DNA of 64,000 nucleotides from NCBI GenBank assembly GCA_951406725.2, contig OX597817.1, forward strand, positions 35,402,001 through 35,466,000. Reading direction: 5' to 3'. The stretch comes from Octopus vulgaris. Its lineage: Eukaryota. The notes beneath the pieces were generated by a model that worked only from the letters and a program-made list of their open reading frames with translations, searched no databases and was not told the origin of the DNA. The position numbers and the translations under genes are program-made. Position 1 is the first letter of the stretch, and every line of letters begins with the position of its first letter. Of the stretch, positions 1 through 13,307 are shown piece by piece.

Positions 1-700
1 GCAGAAAATTAAGGGTGAAAGTGAATCACCTTGGAAAATGTCGCAGTTGATATTAATATTTCTTGTGGTCAGTACTCCATTAGAATGGTATAATTGGAGA
101 TTCGTATTCCACACTGACATGTTGCGCTTCAGGAAGCTTGAAATCACAGGAGAAATTTTGAAGATATTCAGCGATTTCAAGATCCATGAATGCGGTATGC
201 TGTCGAAGGCCTTTTTATAATCAATCAATGCAGAACTGAGATTATGAAAGTTATCAAGGATCATGGGATTGATTAAGAGTTGGTCTTTGCATTGATATGA
301 GACTCGTCGACACCCTTTTTGTTCAGTGAGGAAAATATCGTTCTGTTCCATAAATTTGTATGTTTTCTCCATGAGGATGGATGTTAAAATTTTATACGAG
401 GGATATTAAAATTTTATACATGTTACGGGCAGATAGTTTTGGGGAAATTTGGTTTCATTATTCTTCGGGAGTAGGTCAGTAATAACTCTTGCTAACCAAT
501 CAGTGTTTCTGTAGGATCTCTCATAATTTCATTGAATAACTAGACTAAGTTTTCGTGTGCGCACGGGAGCGGGGCGAACCAGAAACTTGGTACCCTATCA
601 TTACCAGGAAATTTCCACTTACGTACTTTCGTGAGTGTCATCCTTAGGTCTGCTATTGTGATGCCTTCTCATGCTTGTTATGGTAAGTTTTGGTAGGATC
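1..700 (-). mobile_element. Degenerate R4/Dong-like LINE, RT-region fragment
   Basis: Minus strand gives broken RT motifs ([45 protein letters not shown]) like those of the 35435-38431 ORF; abuts (ATT)n at 703-757. Confidence 0.75.
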
Positions 701-702
701 CA

Positions 703-755
<53 letters not shown>

Positions 756-757
756 TT

Positions 758-2950
758 TGATGAAAACTCTCAGCTAATTTTGCTGGGTATGAAAGCAAGT
801 GTCAGCTGTCCACAGTCAACAGACTAAGGTGACACTTGCTTACTGGTTGAGCTTTAAGAACTTTGCGAAGAATTCTTGCAGTTCCAAGCAATGCTGATTT
901 TTATAGGTGTTCTATCTCTACATTTGTACCAATCTTTTTCAGTCATGTTGGTAGTGAGTGCTGATACTTCTGAGTATGCCAATTACTATTGGTATCACGA
1001 CTACTCTCCTCATTGATCACAACCTTCGTATTTCCCACTTCAAGTCCTCACACTTGTTTAGTTTTTCTTCTTTCTCTTTGATCCTATTGTCACCGGAACA
1101 TGGTATGTCGATTATCATCCATATTCTTACTTTTTTTTTATTCACTACAACAATGTCAGGTTTCTGATGTCTGGTCAGGCGATCGCACTGTATGATTGCA
1201 TCTCACAGGATTTTGCAATCTTCATTCTCGATGACTTCTTCTGCGGTTTGCTCATACTACGCCTTTGCTCTATGTAGGCCGTGATTTCCACAGAACTCCA
1301 AATGGACCATTCTTTCCACGTTGTCAAGTCATCTTTTGTATTTGTGTTGTGCCAATTTAATGCATTCGCTAAAGATGTGCCATACCGTTTCACCCCTGTC
1401 ATCACACATTCTGCATTTATCGCTGTCAGTAGTGTTGTCTATTCTTCATTTTATGTAGTTGGTCCTTAACACTTGCTCTCGAGCTGCGCATATGAGTGCT
1501 TCTGTCTCTATTTTTAAGTCACTCCACATCATCCATAGACACCGGTCTTCTGTTACTGTCTTGGCACTTGTATCTTTTGCAAACTGACCGAACATTTTTT
1601 TCTCTTTCCATGCTGCTTCTTTTTTTTGTGTTCTTTTCTTCTTTAAGCTTTTCTTTCTTTATACAATTATGAATTTTGATGACGCTGGACTTCTTCATAT
1701 GCTTCAGCAATGGTTCCACGGTGTTTATTTTTTACATATCACCCTAAGCTGTTTCCCTCTGCTTCAATACAATCCTGGCAACCGCTCAAACCATTCCCAC
1801 CCTATCTTCTGGACAAGTACAGCCTATCGTTGTTAATCTTAGGATGGAAGGCTCCGTGCACTGTCAATATTTTTCTTGTCTTCGTATCCATGTTCACCAG
1901 TTCTTTCTTTTGCCATTTTATGATTCCAGCTCCATACTGAGGTGATGCTATTGCCCTTGTGTTTACTGCTTGGATTTTTATTCAACCGGTCAATTTTGAG
2001 CGCAACACCAATTTCAGTCTTCGGAAACATTCCATCTTCAGTTGTTTCATTTCCTTCTACATGATTTCGTTGAACTCAAGTATGCCAAGGTGTTTGTAGC
2101 CTTCCTTTTCAATTTGTTTAACCAGTTCTCTATTTGGTAATTCTATCCCTGTTAGGGACTGTTCGTTGCCTCCTTTCAGATACATTATACTACATTTCTT
2201 GAGTTCGAATTCCATTTTAATATCAGCACTATTACAGTTGTCTGTGTTCACCAAAGAACTCACTTGTGCCTCATCCTTGCTATACAGCTTCAAATTATCC
2301 ATGAAGAGGAGGTGGTTGATTGTTTCAGATTTTCCCCATAGCTAATCCCTGAGGGATTATGCAGAGAACAAAAACCAACAGAGATAAGCTATCGCCTTGG
2401 AAAATTCTACTTCTGATGCCCAGGGTGTCCAAGGATCTCAACCCAGTTTTCCACCCCACCATACTTCTCTTCAGAAAACACGTTACATTCCTCGCAATTC
2501 CAAAAAAATCTAAGCACTCAATGATGCACGAATGTGGAATCATATCATAAGCTTTGCAATAATCAATCCAAACCATTCCCGAATTTGTCTTCCTTCGTTT
2601 ACAATCTTGCATTACAATTGTGTCTATCAATAATTGGTCTTTGGTATCTCTCTGACTCCTCCTACAACTTTCTTGTTCCGTCGGTAACATCGTTCTCATC
2701 AAAAAATTTGTACAATTCTGCAATTCCTTCTGACAGTAACTTCTACATTAACGAGAGGCAAGAAACTGGCTTGCAACTATCCCGGGATTTCTTCTTCTCC
2801 ATCGATCAATGCATTACATTGCTTTGCGTTCAATTCATAGCACCTACTGAACTTCTTTTATCCATAACCCCTACACACCATCAGATCCTGCTGTTTTGCA
2901 AATGCTTCTCTTTTTACTCATATTTCTGATACTGTCTTTTGTGAAGTGAA
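758..2950 (-). mobile_element. Degenerate R4/Dong-like LINE, RT to RLE endonuclease C-terminus, with (AAT)n tail
   Basis: ORFs 2325-2723 ([29 protein letters not shown]), 2057-2302 (MDNLKLY, YKHLG), 1710-2030; C-terminal KSALLGTARILRKVL near 860-900; 3' UTR hairpin AAGCAAGTGTCA/TGACACTTGCTT. Confidence 0.85.
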
Positions 2951-3114
2951 TAGCGTCTTGCTGGGGATAAGAAGCTGTTTGCTCCAGGCTGCAGAGCCAT
3001 TCAGCTGCACTATTATATTGTTCTTGCTTACTCCATATCTTACCCCAAAACTTCCGACTTTCATCAGCATCAGGAACTAATCTTTCACATTCTATATCAT
3101 CATTAATCTATATA

Positions 3115-3306
3115 TATTTCTTTATTGCCCACAAGGGGCTAAACATAGAGGGAACAAACAAGGACAGACAAAGTGATTAAGTCGATTATATCGACCCCAG
3201 TGCATAACTGGTACTTATTTAATCGACCCCGAAAGGATGAAAGGCAAAGTCGACCTCGGCTACGCATTTCGCCCAGCATGCTAACATTTCTGCCAGCTCG
3301 CCGCCT
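3115..3306 (-). mobile_element. tRNA-derived SINE family A, internally deleted copy
   Basis: Same sequence as many copies in the window: GGCGAGCTGGCAGAA head, GCCTTTCATCCTTTCGGGGTCGAT core (resembles Deu/Nin-type domain), AATAAAGAAATA-like end. Confidence 0.85.
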
Positions 3307-3312
3307 TTCATT

Positions 3313-3314
<2 letters not shown>

Positions 3315-3397
<83 letters not shown>

Positions 3398-3766
3398 CTG
3401 AAGTTGTCTGTGTGTGGCAGGTTTGGTAGCCTTCAACTAACGCTATCTCCTAGGCCCTGCGGTGCAAGTTGACCAAAATTGAGAGTATGATAGAAAGCTT
3501 GCTCTTCATTCCGTAGAAGATAAAATTCAAATTGGACCATATTAAGACCAAAAATTATTTACATCAAAAAGGTGCTTTTTTTTCAATGAAAATCCCTATT
3601 TTTTACGATTCTTTGACTGCTGTGTCGCCATTTTTGGTGTATTTCAACCAGAAAAATGTTCACTTAAAGAGAATAACAAGCTACATAATGCAAAATTTTT
3701 ACTTTTCGAAAATTCCAATTTTAAAGGGTTGAAACAAACCCAAGCAACGCCGGGCGATACTGCTAG
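3315..3766 (+). mobile_element. Non-autonomous Helitron-like element
   Basis: 5' A|TC followed by (TC)n(TA)nAAA; subterminal GC hairpin CCC-AAGCAACGCC-GGG; 3' CTAG|T at 3763-3767. Confidence 0.6.
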
Positions 3767-3934
3767 TTTTTTGATGAAATCTTTTTTGGTCGATTCTAAA
3801 CAATTGGTTTTGCCGGTATTGTTTTAAAATTTGCGATCATTCTTTAATTCTTCTTTTCTTTTCCTGACAAGTATTGACACCTGTTGATTGTAGCTCAAAT
3901 ATATAAGGAAGAACAAGAAACACCGAGAACACCG

Positions 3935-4108
3935 AGGCGCATTCGTAGCTGTGTGGTAAGAAGCTTGATTCCCAGCCGCATGTTTCCAGGTTCAATCCTA
4001 CTATGTGGCACATTGGGCAAGTGACTTCTACTATAGACTCAGGCCGACCAAAGCATTGTGATCGAATTTGGTGGACACAATACTGAAAGTAGTCCATCGT
4101 GTGTGTGT

Positions 4109-4152
<44 letters not shown>

Positions 4153-4352
4153 ATTCGTGTCTGTGTTTGTCTCCCACCACCGCTTGACAACTAGTGTTAG
4201 CGTGTTTACGTCTTCGTAACCTAGCGGTTCCATATCGATGGAATAAGTATCAGCTATAAAAAATACTGGGGTCGATTCAGTAGACTAAAAATCCTTCAAG
4301 GCCGTGCTACAGTATGGCCTCAGCCTTGTAATTGAAACAAGTTAGAGATAAA
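3935..4352 (+). mobile_element. tRNA-derived SINE family B, diverged, central (GT)n
   Basis: GCTGTGTGGTAAG A-box-like, GGTTCAATCC B-box-like, TTGGGCAAGTG core; homologous to 14622-15045 and 45393-46045. Confidence 0.75.
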
Positions 4353-4406
4353 AGGTAAATAGATTGGTGCTAGTCGTGACTATTATATTACCGACTAGTA
4401 ATAGCT

Positions 4407-4591
4407 ATTTCTTTACTACCCACAAGGGGCTAAACACAGAGAGGACAAACAAGGACAGACAAACGGATTAAGTCGATTATATCGACCCCAGTGCGTAACT
4501 GGTACTTATTTAAACGACTCCGAAAGGATGAAAGGCAAAGTCGACCTCGGCGGAATTTGAACTCAGAACGTAGCGGCAGACGGAATACTGC
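4407..4591 (-). mobile_element. SINE family A, 5'-truncated, TSD CTAGTAATAGC
   Basis: Family A sequence flanked by an 11-bp direct repeat. Confidence 0.85.
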
Positions 4592-4715
4592 TAGTAATAG
4601 CGTTGTGAAAGTCATGAACGTCACATATCATTCTGTATATTTGATATTGTAAACTAAGAAACAATAATCAATTAAAACTTCAACTTTAGAGATGACCTCT
4701 CTTTTTTAAAAAATT

Positions 4716-5106
4716 GTTTCAGTCATTTGTCTGCAGCCATGCTGGAGCACCGCCTTTAGTCGAGCAAATCGACCCCAGGACTTATTCTTTGGAGGCCTAA
4801 TACCTATTCTATCGGTCTCTTTTGCTGAACCGCTAAGTTACAGGGACGTAAACACACCGGCATCGGCTGTCAAGCGATGTTGGGGGGGGGGGGCAAACAC
4901 AGACACACAAACATATACACACGCATACATATATAAATATATATATATACGACAGGCTTCTTTCAGTTTCCGTCTACCAAATCCACTCACAAGGCTTTGA
5001 TTGGCCCGAGGCTATAGTAGAAGACATTTGCCCAAGGTGCCACGCAGTGGGAATGAACCCGGAACCATATGGCTGGTAAACAAGCTACTTACTACACAGC
5101 CACTCA
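4716..5106 (-). mobile_element. SINE family B, near full length
   Basis: Reverse complement of GAGTGGCTGTGT..GGTTCCGGGTTCATTCC..GGTAGACGGAAACTGAAAGAAGCC..GCTCCAGCATGG. Confidence 0.85.
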
Positions 5107-6133
5107 TTAATTTCTAATTGAGCAATTGTTATAAAAATAGTAGGTATAGGAAACAACCCCGAAAGTCTAATTAATTGATTAAATATGAAATTCAAGTGGG
5201 AGAATTTTAAACAGTACAGTGATAAGTCTGGATATATTTCGGTCTTATTGGACCTTCTCAGCGAAGCATTGTCTAACCGTTATCATTGATACTAGATGAC
5301 AAGCATACAGGATTTTTGTGAGTGAGCAAATAACGTTATAGTTTATAAGGATGCAGCATAACTGGGAAGGTGGAACCGCTCCCAGTCATACTGCATTAAA
5401 ATTTAATAGTAAAGTGCTTGCTAGCATACTTGATGCAGTTAAAGAAGAAATTTTGATTAAAATTTCGTTGTTACTGACGAGAATTATGTTCTAAATAATT
5501 AATTCTGATGTTAATAACCAAAGGAATGATTGTGGAACAAATTCTGTTGCTTGAAATATTTAATAAAGTAAGCGTGAATACACTTAATGTAGCGAATATG
5601 ACAATTTAATTAACCAAGACGTAGATTAATTGCAGTGAGTTAAACAAACAATAAAATAAGAATCAGTTATAGTACTGATGTTTAAGAAAATCGGTTTTAA
5701 GCTATGGTTTGTAAGAATTTAAAGATAAAATTGGTGGAGAACAATTTGTATTCAATATGCTCTATCATAATTCTGAGTGAATATGGAAATTTATAGTTAA
5801 GTTAGAATTAACATATTTCAGGTGGTGAACATGAAAGATATAATTAGAATCATTTATACGCTGAGGAAATGAAAAAAAAAAAAACATTACACTAATGACT
5901 AAGATCATTTAAGCTATTTTGGCAAATACAGGAGATAACTTTAGACATGTTTCGCTCTCATGAAATCCTCCTCAGAGAACTATAGGCTTCGCCGTCCTTT
6001 ACGAAATTGTGACGAGATAATTATTAAGTAGATGTATAATGCTTTAAACGAGACTATTATAACATTTAAAATAATAAATCCCCGGGAGCGCGACAGATTT
6101 TTGCTCAATTTATTAAGTATACATTAATACCAA

Positions 6134-6353
6134 TTTCTTTACTGCCCACAAGGGGTTACACACAAAAGGGACAAACAAACAGACAAACGGATTAAGTCGA
6201 TTATATCGACCCCAGTGCGTAACTGGTACTTATTTAATCGACCCCGAAAGGATGAAAGGCAAAGTCGACCTCGGCGGAATTTGAACTCAGAACGTAGCGG
6301 CAGACGAAATACTGCTAAGCATTTCGCCCGGCGTGCTAACGTTTCTGCCAGCT
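6134..6353 (-). mobile_element. SINE family A
   Basis: Family A body and head. Confidence 0.85.
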
Positions 6354-6509
6354 GGCACTGTTTCTCAGGTATTTGGCATGTAATTTTTTTTAATGTGTTA
6401 ATTTAAATATCTTCTGTTTGTTGTTCAGCCTTCTATTAAAAAGATTTAGCTAGAAGAAAGTGTTAGTACCCATGATCATTTCAGGTTCTTACAGATTGGT
6501 GAAGTCAAC

Positions 6510-7500
6510 AACATTACCAACCCCACGAGCACAACTGGCAGCACCAAAACCACCAGCACCACAAACAACAACAGTGCGACTAGCATCGTCAACACCACAA
6601 GCACCATTAGCACCACTAGCACCACCAGCACCACTAGCACCACCAACACCACTAGCACCACTAGCACCACCAGCACCACTAGCACCACAGGCACCATTAG
6701 CACCACCAGCAACACTAGCACCACGAGCACCTCTAGCACCACCACCACCACCACCAATAGCACCACAAACACCAGTAGCACCACAATCACCACCAACTCC
6801 ACTAGCACCTTAACACAACTAGCACCACCAACACCATAAACACCACTAGCACCACCAACTCCACAAGCACTAGTAGCACCACCAGCTTGAGTTGGTTGTG
6901 CTAGTGGTGCTACTTCTGGTGCTAGTGGTTATGATGGTGGTGGTGGGAGTCTTGGTGGTGCTAGTGGTGGTGGTGGTGTTGGTTGTGCTAGTTGTGCTTG
7001 TGGTGCTCGTGGTGTTGGTGGTGCTAGTGGTACTGGTGGTGCTTGTGGATTTGTGGGAGTCAGTGGATGAGACTGTGGCTTCAACATCACCAGCACCACT
7101 AGCACCACAAGCGCCACTCGCGCCACCAGCACCACCACTACCACTGGCACCACCAGCACCACTAGCCCCAACAACACCACAAGCACCACTAGCCCCAACA
7201 GCACCACAAGCACAACTAGCACCACCAACACCACCAACAACACTAGCACCACCAGCACCACTAGCACCACCAAGACTCCCACCACCACCACCATAACCAC
7301 TAGCACCCCCATCCCCACAAGCACCACTAGCACCAACAGCCCCACTAGGAGCACCAACACCACAAGCACTACCAACACCATTAGCAGCACCAAACCACTA
7401 GCAGCACCAACACCACGAGCACCATTAGCACCATTAGCACCACCAACACCACCACCACCACCATTAGCAGCACTAACACCACTAGCACCACCAGCAACAC
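6510..7500. repeat. Degenerate 9-bp (ACCACYAGC) minisatellite with internal inversion
   Basis: Repeated ACCACTAGC/ACCACCAGC; about 6890-7047 is in the opposite orientation (GGTGCTAGT). Confidence 0.85.
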
Positions 7501-7782
7501 TTACTTTGAAGGATTGGAGAAAGTGATTCGCGTAGGGTGGAAGAAGATAAGCCAAAAGAATTAGGAGGAAAGACGGGTACATTGGATGAAGTTGGAAGAG
7601 GTTAGTATACAGCTTAAGCTATAAAAGTATCCAGAGAAGAAGTAGAGGAAAGGAACACCGAAGGCTAAAAGTAGTGTTGTGGAAAAATAGACTTTGTCAG
7701 CAACTGGGTGGTGGATGCTCATCATCCTATTTTTTTCTCTCTTCATATATATGAAGTAAGTCTCAGCTATACAAGTATTATA

Positions 7783-8897
7783 TATTTCTTTACTACCCAC
7801 AAGGGGACAAACAAGGACAGACAAAGGGATTAAGTCGATTACATCGACCCCAGTGCGTAACTGGTACTTATTTAATCGACTCCGAAAGGATAAAAGGCAA
7901 AGTCGACCTTGGCGGAATTTGAACTCAGAATGTAGCAGTAGACGAAATAGCTATTTCTTTACTACCCACAAGGGGCTAAACACAGAGAGGACAAACAAGG
8001 ACAGACAAACGGATTAAGTCGATTATATCGACCTCAGTGCGAAACTGGTACTTATTTAATCGACCCCGAAAGGATGAAAAGCAACGTCGACCTCGGCGGA
8101 ATTTGAACTCAGAACGTAGCGGCAGCCGAAATACCTATTTCTTTACTACCCACAAGGGGCTATACACAGAGGGGACAAACAAGGACAGACAAAGGGATTA
8201 AGTCGATTATATCGACCCCAGTGCGTAACTGGTACTTATTTAATCGACCCCGATAAGATGAAAGGCAAAGTCGACCTTGGCGGAAATTTGAACTCAGAAC
8301 GTAACGGCAGACGAAATACCTATTTCTTTACTACCCACAAGGGGTTAAACACAGAGAGGACAAATAAGGACAGGCAAACGGATTAAGTCGATTATATCGA
8401 TTCCAGTGCGTAAGTGGTACTTATTTAATCGACCCCGAAAGGATAAAAGGCAAAGTCGACCTTGGCGGAATTTGAACTCAGAACGTAGCAGCAGACGAAA
8501 TAGCTATTTCTTTACTACCCACAAGGGGCTAAACACAGAGAGGACAAACAAGGACAGACAAACGGACTAAGTCGATTATATCGACCCCAGTGCGTAATTG
8601 GTACTTATTTAATCGATCCCGAAAGGATAAAAGGCAAAGTCGACCTTGGCGGAATTTGAACTCAAAATGTAGCAGCAGACGAAATAGCTATTTCTTTACT
8701 ACCCACAAGGGGCTAAACACAGAGAGGACAAACAAGGACAGGCAAACGGATTAAGTCGATTATATCGATCCCAGTGCGTAACTGGTACTTATTTAATCGA
8801 CCCCGAAAGGATGAAAAGCAAAGTCGACCTCGGCGGAATTTGAACTCAGAACGTAACGGCAGACGAAATACCGCTGAGCTAACGATTCTGCCAGCTC
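7783..8897 (-). repeat. Head-to-tail array of six SINE-A units (~184 bp period)
   Basis: TATTTCTTTACTACCCAC starts at 7783, 7952, 8136, 8321, 8505, 8689; only the last unit carries part of the tRNA head. Confidence 0.92.
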
Positions 8898-9709
8898 AAA
8901 AGTAGTGTTGTGGAAAAATAGACTTTGTCAGTCAACTGAGTGGTGGATGCAGATGACGCTATTTTTATTCTCTTCATAAATATGAAGTGAAGTCTCAGCT
9001 ATACAAGTATTATAATGTCAGTCGTATTTTTGCTTTGCAGTCTTATCTAACTAAGCAGAGCTGAAATATTTTTTGGAGTTGGAAGAACAATCATAGCCCT
9101 TGCCATCCAGTTTTGATCATCTCACAGATCTGTCACTGCTTGGCTCCATACCAATCCTAATCGAGTTTACCCATGAATGAATGCATTCTAGTTGTACCCG
9201 CCCCGTATTTTTCTAAGTTACATTAAACCCAGAATTACATTACCCGATGTATTTTCGGGATGAGGTGCAGTGTACGAGCTCCCACGTGGGATTCTGGTCA
9301 GTTATAGGCTTGTGATGGATTGATATGTTCACCATTTCAAGATTAGTAAGCCATTTCATCTTCTGTTCGGGCAGATTACCTGCGCAAACAACACCAACAA
9401 TAGTAGTAACAATACCAGTTGCAATACCAGTAGCAGCAGCCGAAGCAATTTTCTTTACATACACGGAGTATTATAATGCATGCGCGCGTGTGTAAACTTC
9501 TAATCCGACGGTTCAAAGTTGTTAGTTTCTCGTAAGCGGAGTGGTTAACACACTCGTGCGTCCAATCTTCAGTAAACACGTGGTTCAATTTACGCAGGTA
9601 AATCTATCCATTTATTTCCATTTAGAGGGTATTTTTTACCCGATATTTTATATGCTATTAATTTATAACATCATTTGCATTTGACCACCACACGCACACA
9701 CGCACACAC

Positions 9710-9710
<1 letters not shown>

Positions 9711-9783
<73 letters not shown>
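9711..9783. repeat. (TCTA)n microsatellite; further tracts at 10101-10247 and 10706-10925
   Basis: Direct reading. Confidence 0.95.
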
Positions 9784-10098
9784 GAGAGTTGCTTATTGGT
9801 AAAAAAAATATAACATGTGACTTCATTGACCGAGGTTACCGTGGTCTTTTCCGTAGGCTTTTCTTTCCACGGGTAAAACTCACCTGTCCCTCCCTTTACA
9901 CTTTATATTGACATTTCTGTGATAACGATCCCTAATGATAGATTTTTTTCTTTTTCCTTTTATTTTTATCCCCCCCCCCCTTTTTGCTTTTCTCTTTCTT
10001 TCCTTTTACAATCCCTTTTGATCGAAAACCAAAAAGAAAAGCTCTACCTTGTAATTTGTCCCGTCTGTGTGCAGCCCTGTGTGGCTAATAAAGAAACA

Positions 10099-10100
<2 letters not shown>
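9784..10100 (+). mobile_element. 5'-truncated LINE 3' UTR (putative L1/Tx1 group), copy 1, inside (TCTA)n
   Basis: Homologous to 10333-10705; ends GGCTAATAAAGAAACATA; (TCTA)n on both sides. Confidence 0.6.
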
Positions 10101-10168
<68 letters not shown>

Positions 10169-10173
10169 CGTAC

Positions 10174-10805
<632 letters not shown>

Positions 10806-10818
10806 CTTACCTACCTAC

Positions 10819-10897
<79 letters not shown>

Positions 10898-11236
10898 CCT
10901 ATCTATCTATCTATCTATCTATCTATATTTTCTAAAAAATTTTTTGTTTGATTGGCATTTTCTCTAATATTTCTTTCTTGATTCAGTAGTAACTGTCATT
11001 TGTTTAAATTATAATGTCACTGAAAACGTGCCTCTAAGATCTGCAGGAGCGATTAGACTGTGCTTCAATGAAGAGGTCTATTAAGAATGAAACATGTCTC
11101 GAGTTGTCCTTCATTGAAAAAGATCCGATTCACTCCGCATTGTACTCTATTTTTAATTAATCAAAATTTATTGGTTTGCTACATACATTCGCTTTACTGT
11201 GTAAATATATACATACATATAAGAGGGAGAGAAAGA

Positions 11237-11268
<32 letters not shown>

Positions 11269-11339
11269 AAGAAAGAGAGAAAGAAATAGAAATAGAGGTA
11301 AACAGATACATACAGAGGGTAATATGTGTGTATGTGTGT

Positions 11340-11373
<34 letters not shown>

Positions 11374-11522
11374 ATAAGACGAAGAGATTGAGAATGATGA
11401 AAAAGTGGGAAAATTAGATTAAGATTTTAGAAAAGAAGTAAAAAATATCATGGAGAGGCAGAGAAAAGACAGAAGAGAAATTGAGATAACAGGGGAAAGT
11501 GTAGGAGAGGGAGGTAGAAATT

Positions 11523-11827
<305 letters not shown>

Positions 11828-12199
11828 AGTGAAAGATAGAAAGAACACGTAGGAGAGTGAGAGAGAAGAGGAGGCAACAGGAGAAGGAAAACAGAGAAAA
11901 GGTTTCGGGTTATGTGCACTATTAAGGACACTTGATAAATTATAATTTCATTGGTAATTATTGAAAATTATTTTTCAAACAAGCAATCAGAAGGAAAAGT
12001 GGCCAACTTAAATGACTGTACATTCCTCCTTTCTTTTTTTGCTTATTTTTAGCATAAAAATCAAATATCCAAATTAATGATGGCAAAATAATATTTCAAT
12101 GGATCTTTTTAGATTTCCATGATGATCCTCTTAGTTTCTTATCTTCCAGCTATTTCATTACAAAGGTAGATTTGGTAATATCAAATTTTGAGCTTGATG

Positions 12200-12575
12200 T
12201 AATGTTGAGGCGGTTGGATGGAACCTACACTCGCCTCCTTATGAGAGCTCAAAATCTCTCGTGGAAGCGCCATCCAACCAAAATGCAAATATATGGTAAA
12301 CTACCACCTGTGTCATCTCTTGTGAAAGGTAGGAGAGTCCAGTTTGCTGGACATTGTTGTAGAGCTGAAAAAGAAGTAATTTCTACTCTTCTCCTCTGGA
12401 AGCCATCTACTCGCAATGCCAGAGGGCGCACACTCTCCTACCCTGATGTAATCTCCAGGGATACAGGCATCCAGCAACAGGACCTCCGTTATGCTATGAT
12501 GGACCGTGAAGTCTGGCGTAACATGGTAAATTCCATTGTCTCGACCACGGTCGAACAATGATGATGATGATGATG
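12200..12575 (+). mobile_element. 5'-truncated RTE/RTEX-like LINE 3' end with (TGA)n tail
   Basis: LDGTYTRLLMRAQNLSWKRHPT..RRVQFAGHCCR..AMMDREVWR, stop 12561, then TGA repeats. Confidence 0.8.
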
Positions 12576-12674
12576 TAATGTTTTTGATATTGTTTAGTAA
12601 CCAGTTCGTCATAATCAAACAGATCCTTAACCAAAAGCGTTCTAGCAGAGGGCCAGCAATTTCGGAGGAAGGGG

Positions 12675-13254
12675 TACATCGATTACATCGATCCAAATGC
12701 TCAGCCGGTGCTTAGGTTGTTGGTCTCATGAAGATGAAAGACAAAGTCGACGTCAGCGAAATTTGAACTCAGAACATAAAGACGAGCGAAATACCTATTT
12801 CTTTACTACCCACAAGGGGCTAAACACAGAGAGGACAAACAAGGACAGATAAACGGATTAGGTCGATTATATCGAGCAGTGCGTAACTGATACCCCGAAA
12901 AGATGAAAGGCAAAGTCGACCTCGGCGGAATTTGAACTCAGAATGTAGCGGTGGACGAAATACCTATTTCTTTACTACCCACAAGGGGCTAAACACAGAG
13001 AGGACAAACAAGGACAGATAAACGGATTAAGTCGATTACATCGACCCCAGTGCGTAACTGGTACTTAATTTATCGACCCAGACAGGATGAAAGGCAAAGT
13101 CGACCTCGGTGAAATTTGAATTCAGAACGTAACGGCAGACAAAATATCGCGAAGCTTTTCGCCCGGCGTGCTAACGTTTCTGCCAGCTCGACGAGCGAAA
13201 TACCGCTAAGCATTTTGTCCGGTGGAGGTAACGATTCTGCTAGTTCGCCGCCTT
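12675..13254 (-). mobile_element. Old SINE-A copy with a nested young SINE-A dimer (12796-13189), TSD GACGAGCGAAATACC
   Basis: 15-bp direct repeat at 12781-12795 and 13190-13204. Confidence 0.8.
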
Positions 13255-13307
13255 TATGATAAAATTAAGAATTTGAAAAATACGAAGTGCTATTCTATAG
13301 TCATACT

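Noticed and set aside
6460-7582. Pro/Ala-rich and Val/Leu-rich ORFs suggesting an extensin- or mucin-like gene
   Set aside because: Translations of a 9-bp minisatellite on both strands, crossing an inversion; no splice or domain evidence
7783-8897. CRISPR-like or tRNA gene array
   Set aside because: Units are contiguous SINE bodies with no unique spacers and no complete cloverleaf
9240-9600. Possible first exon with Leu-rich signal peptide ending CAG|GTAATC (minus strand), with nearby CACGTG/CCAAT motifs
   Set aside because: In-frame TAA follows the ATG directly, the Leu run resembles a decayed triplet repeat, and no downstream exons were found
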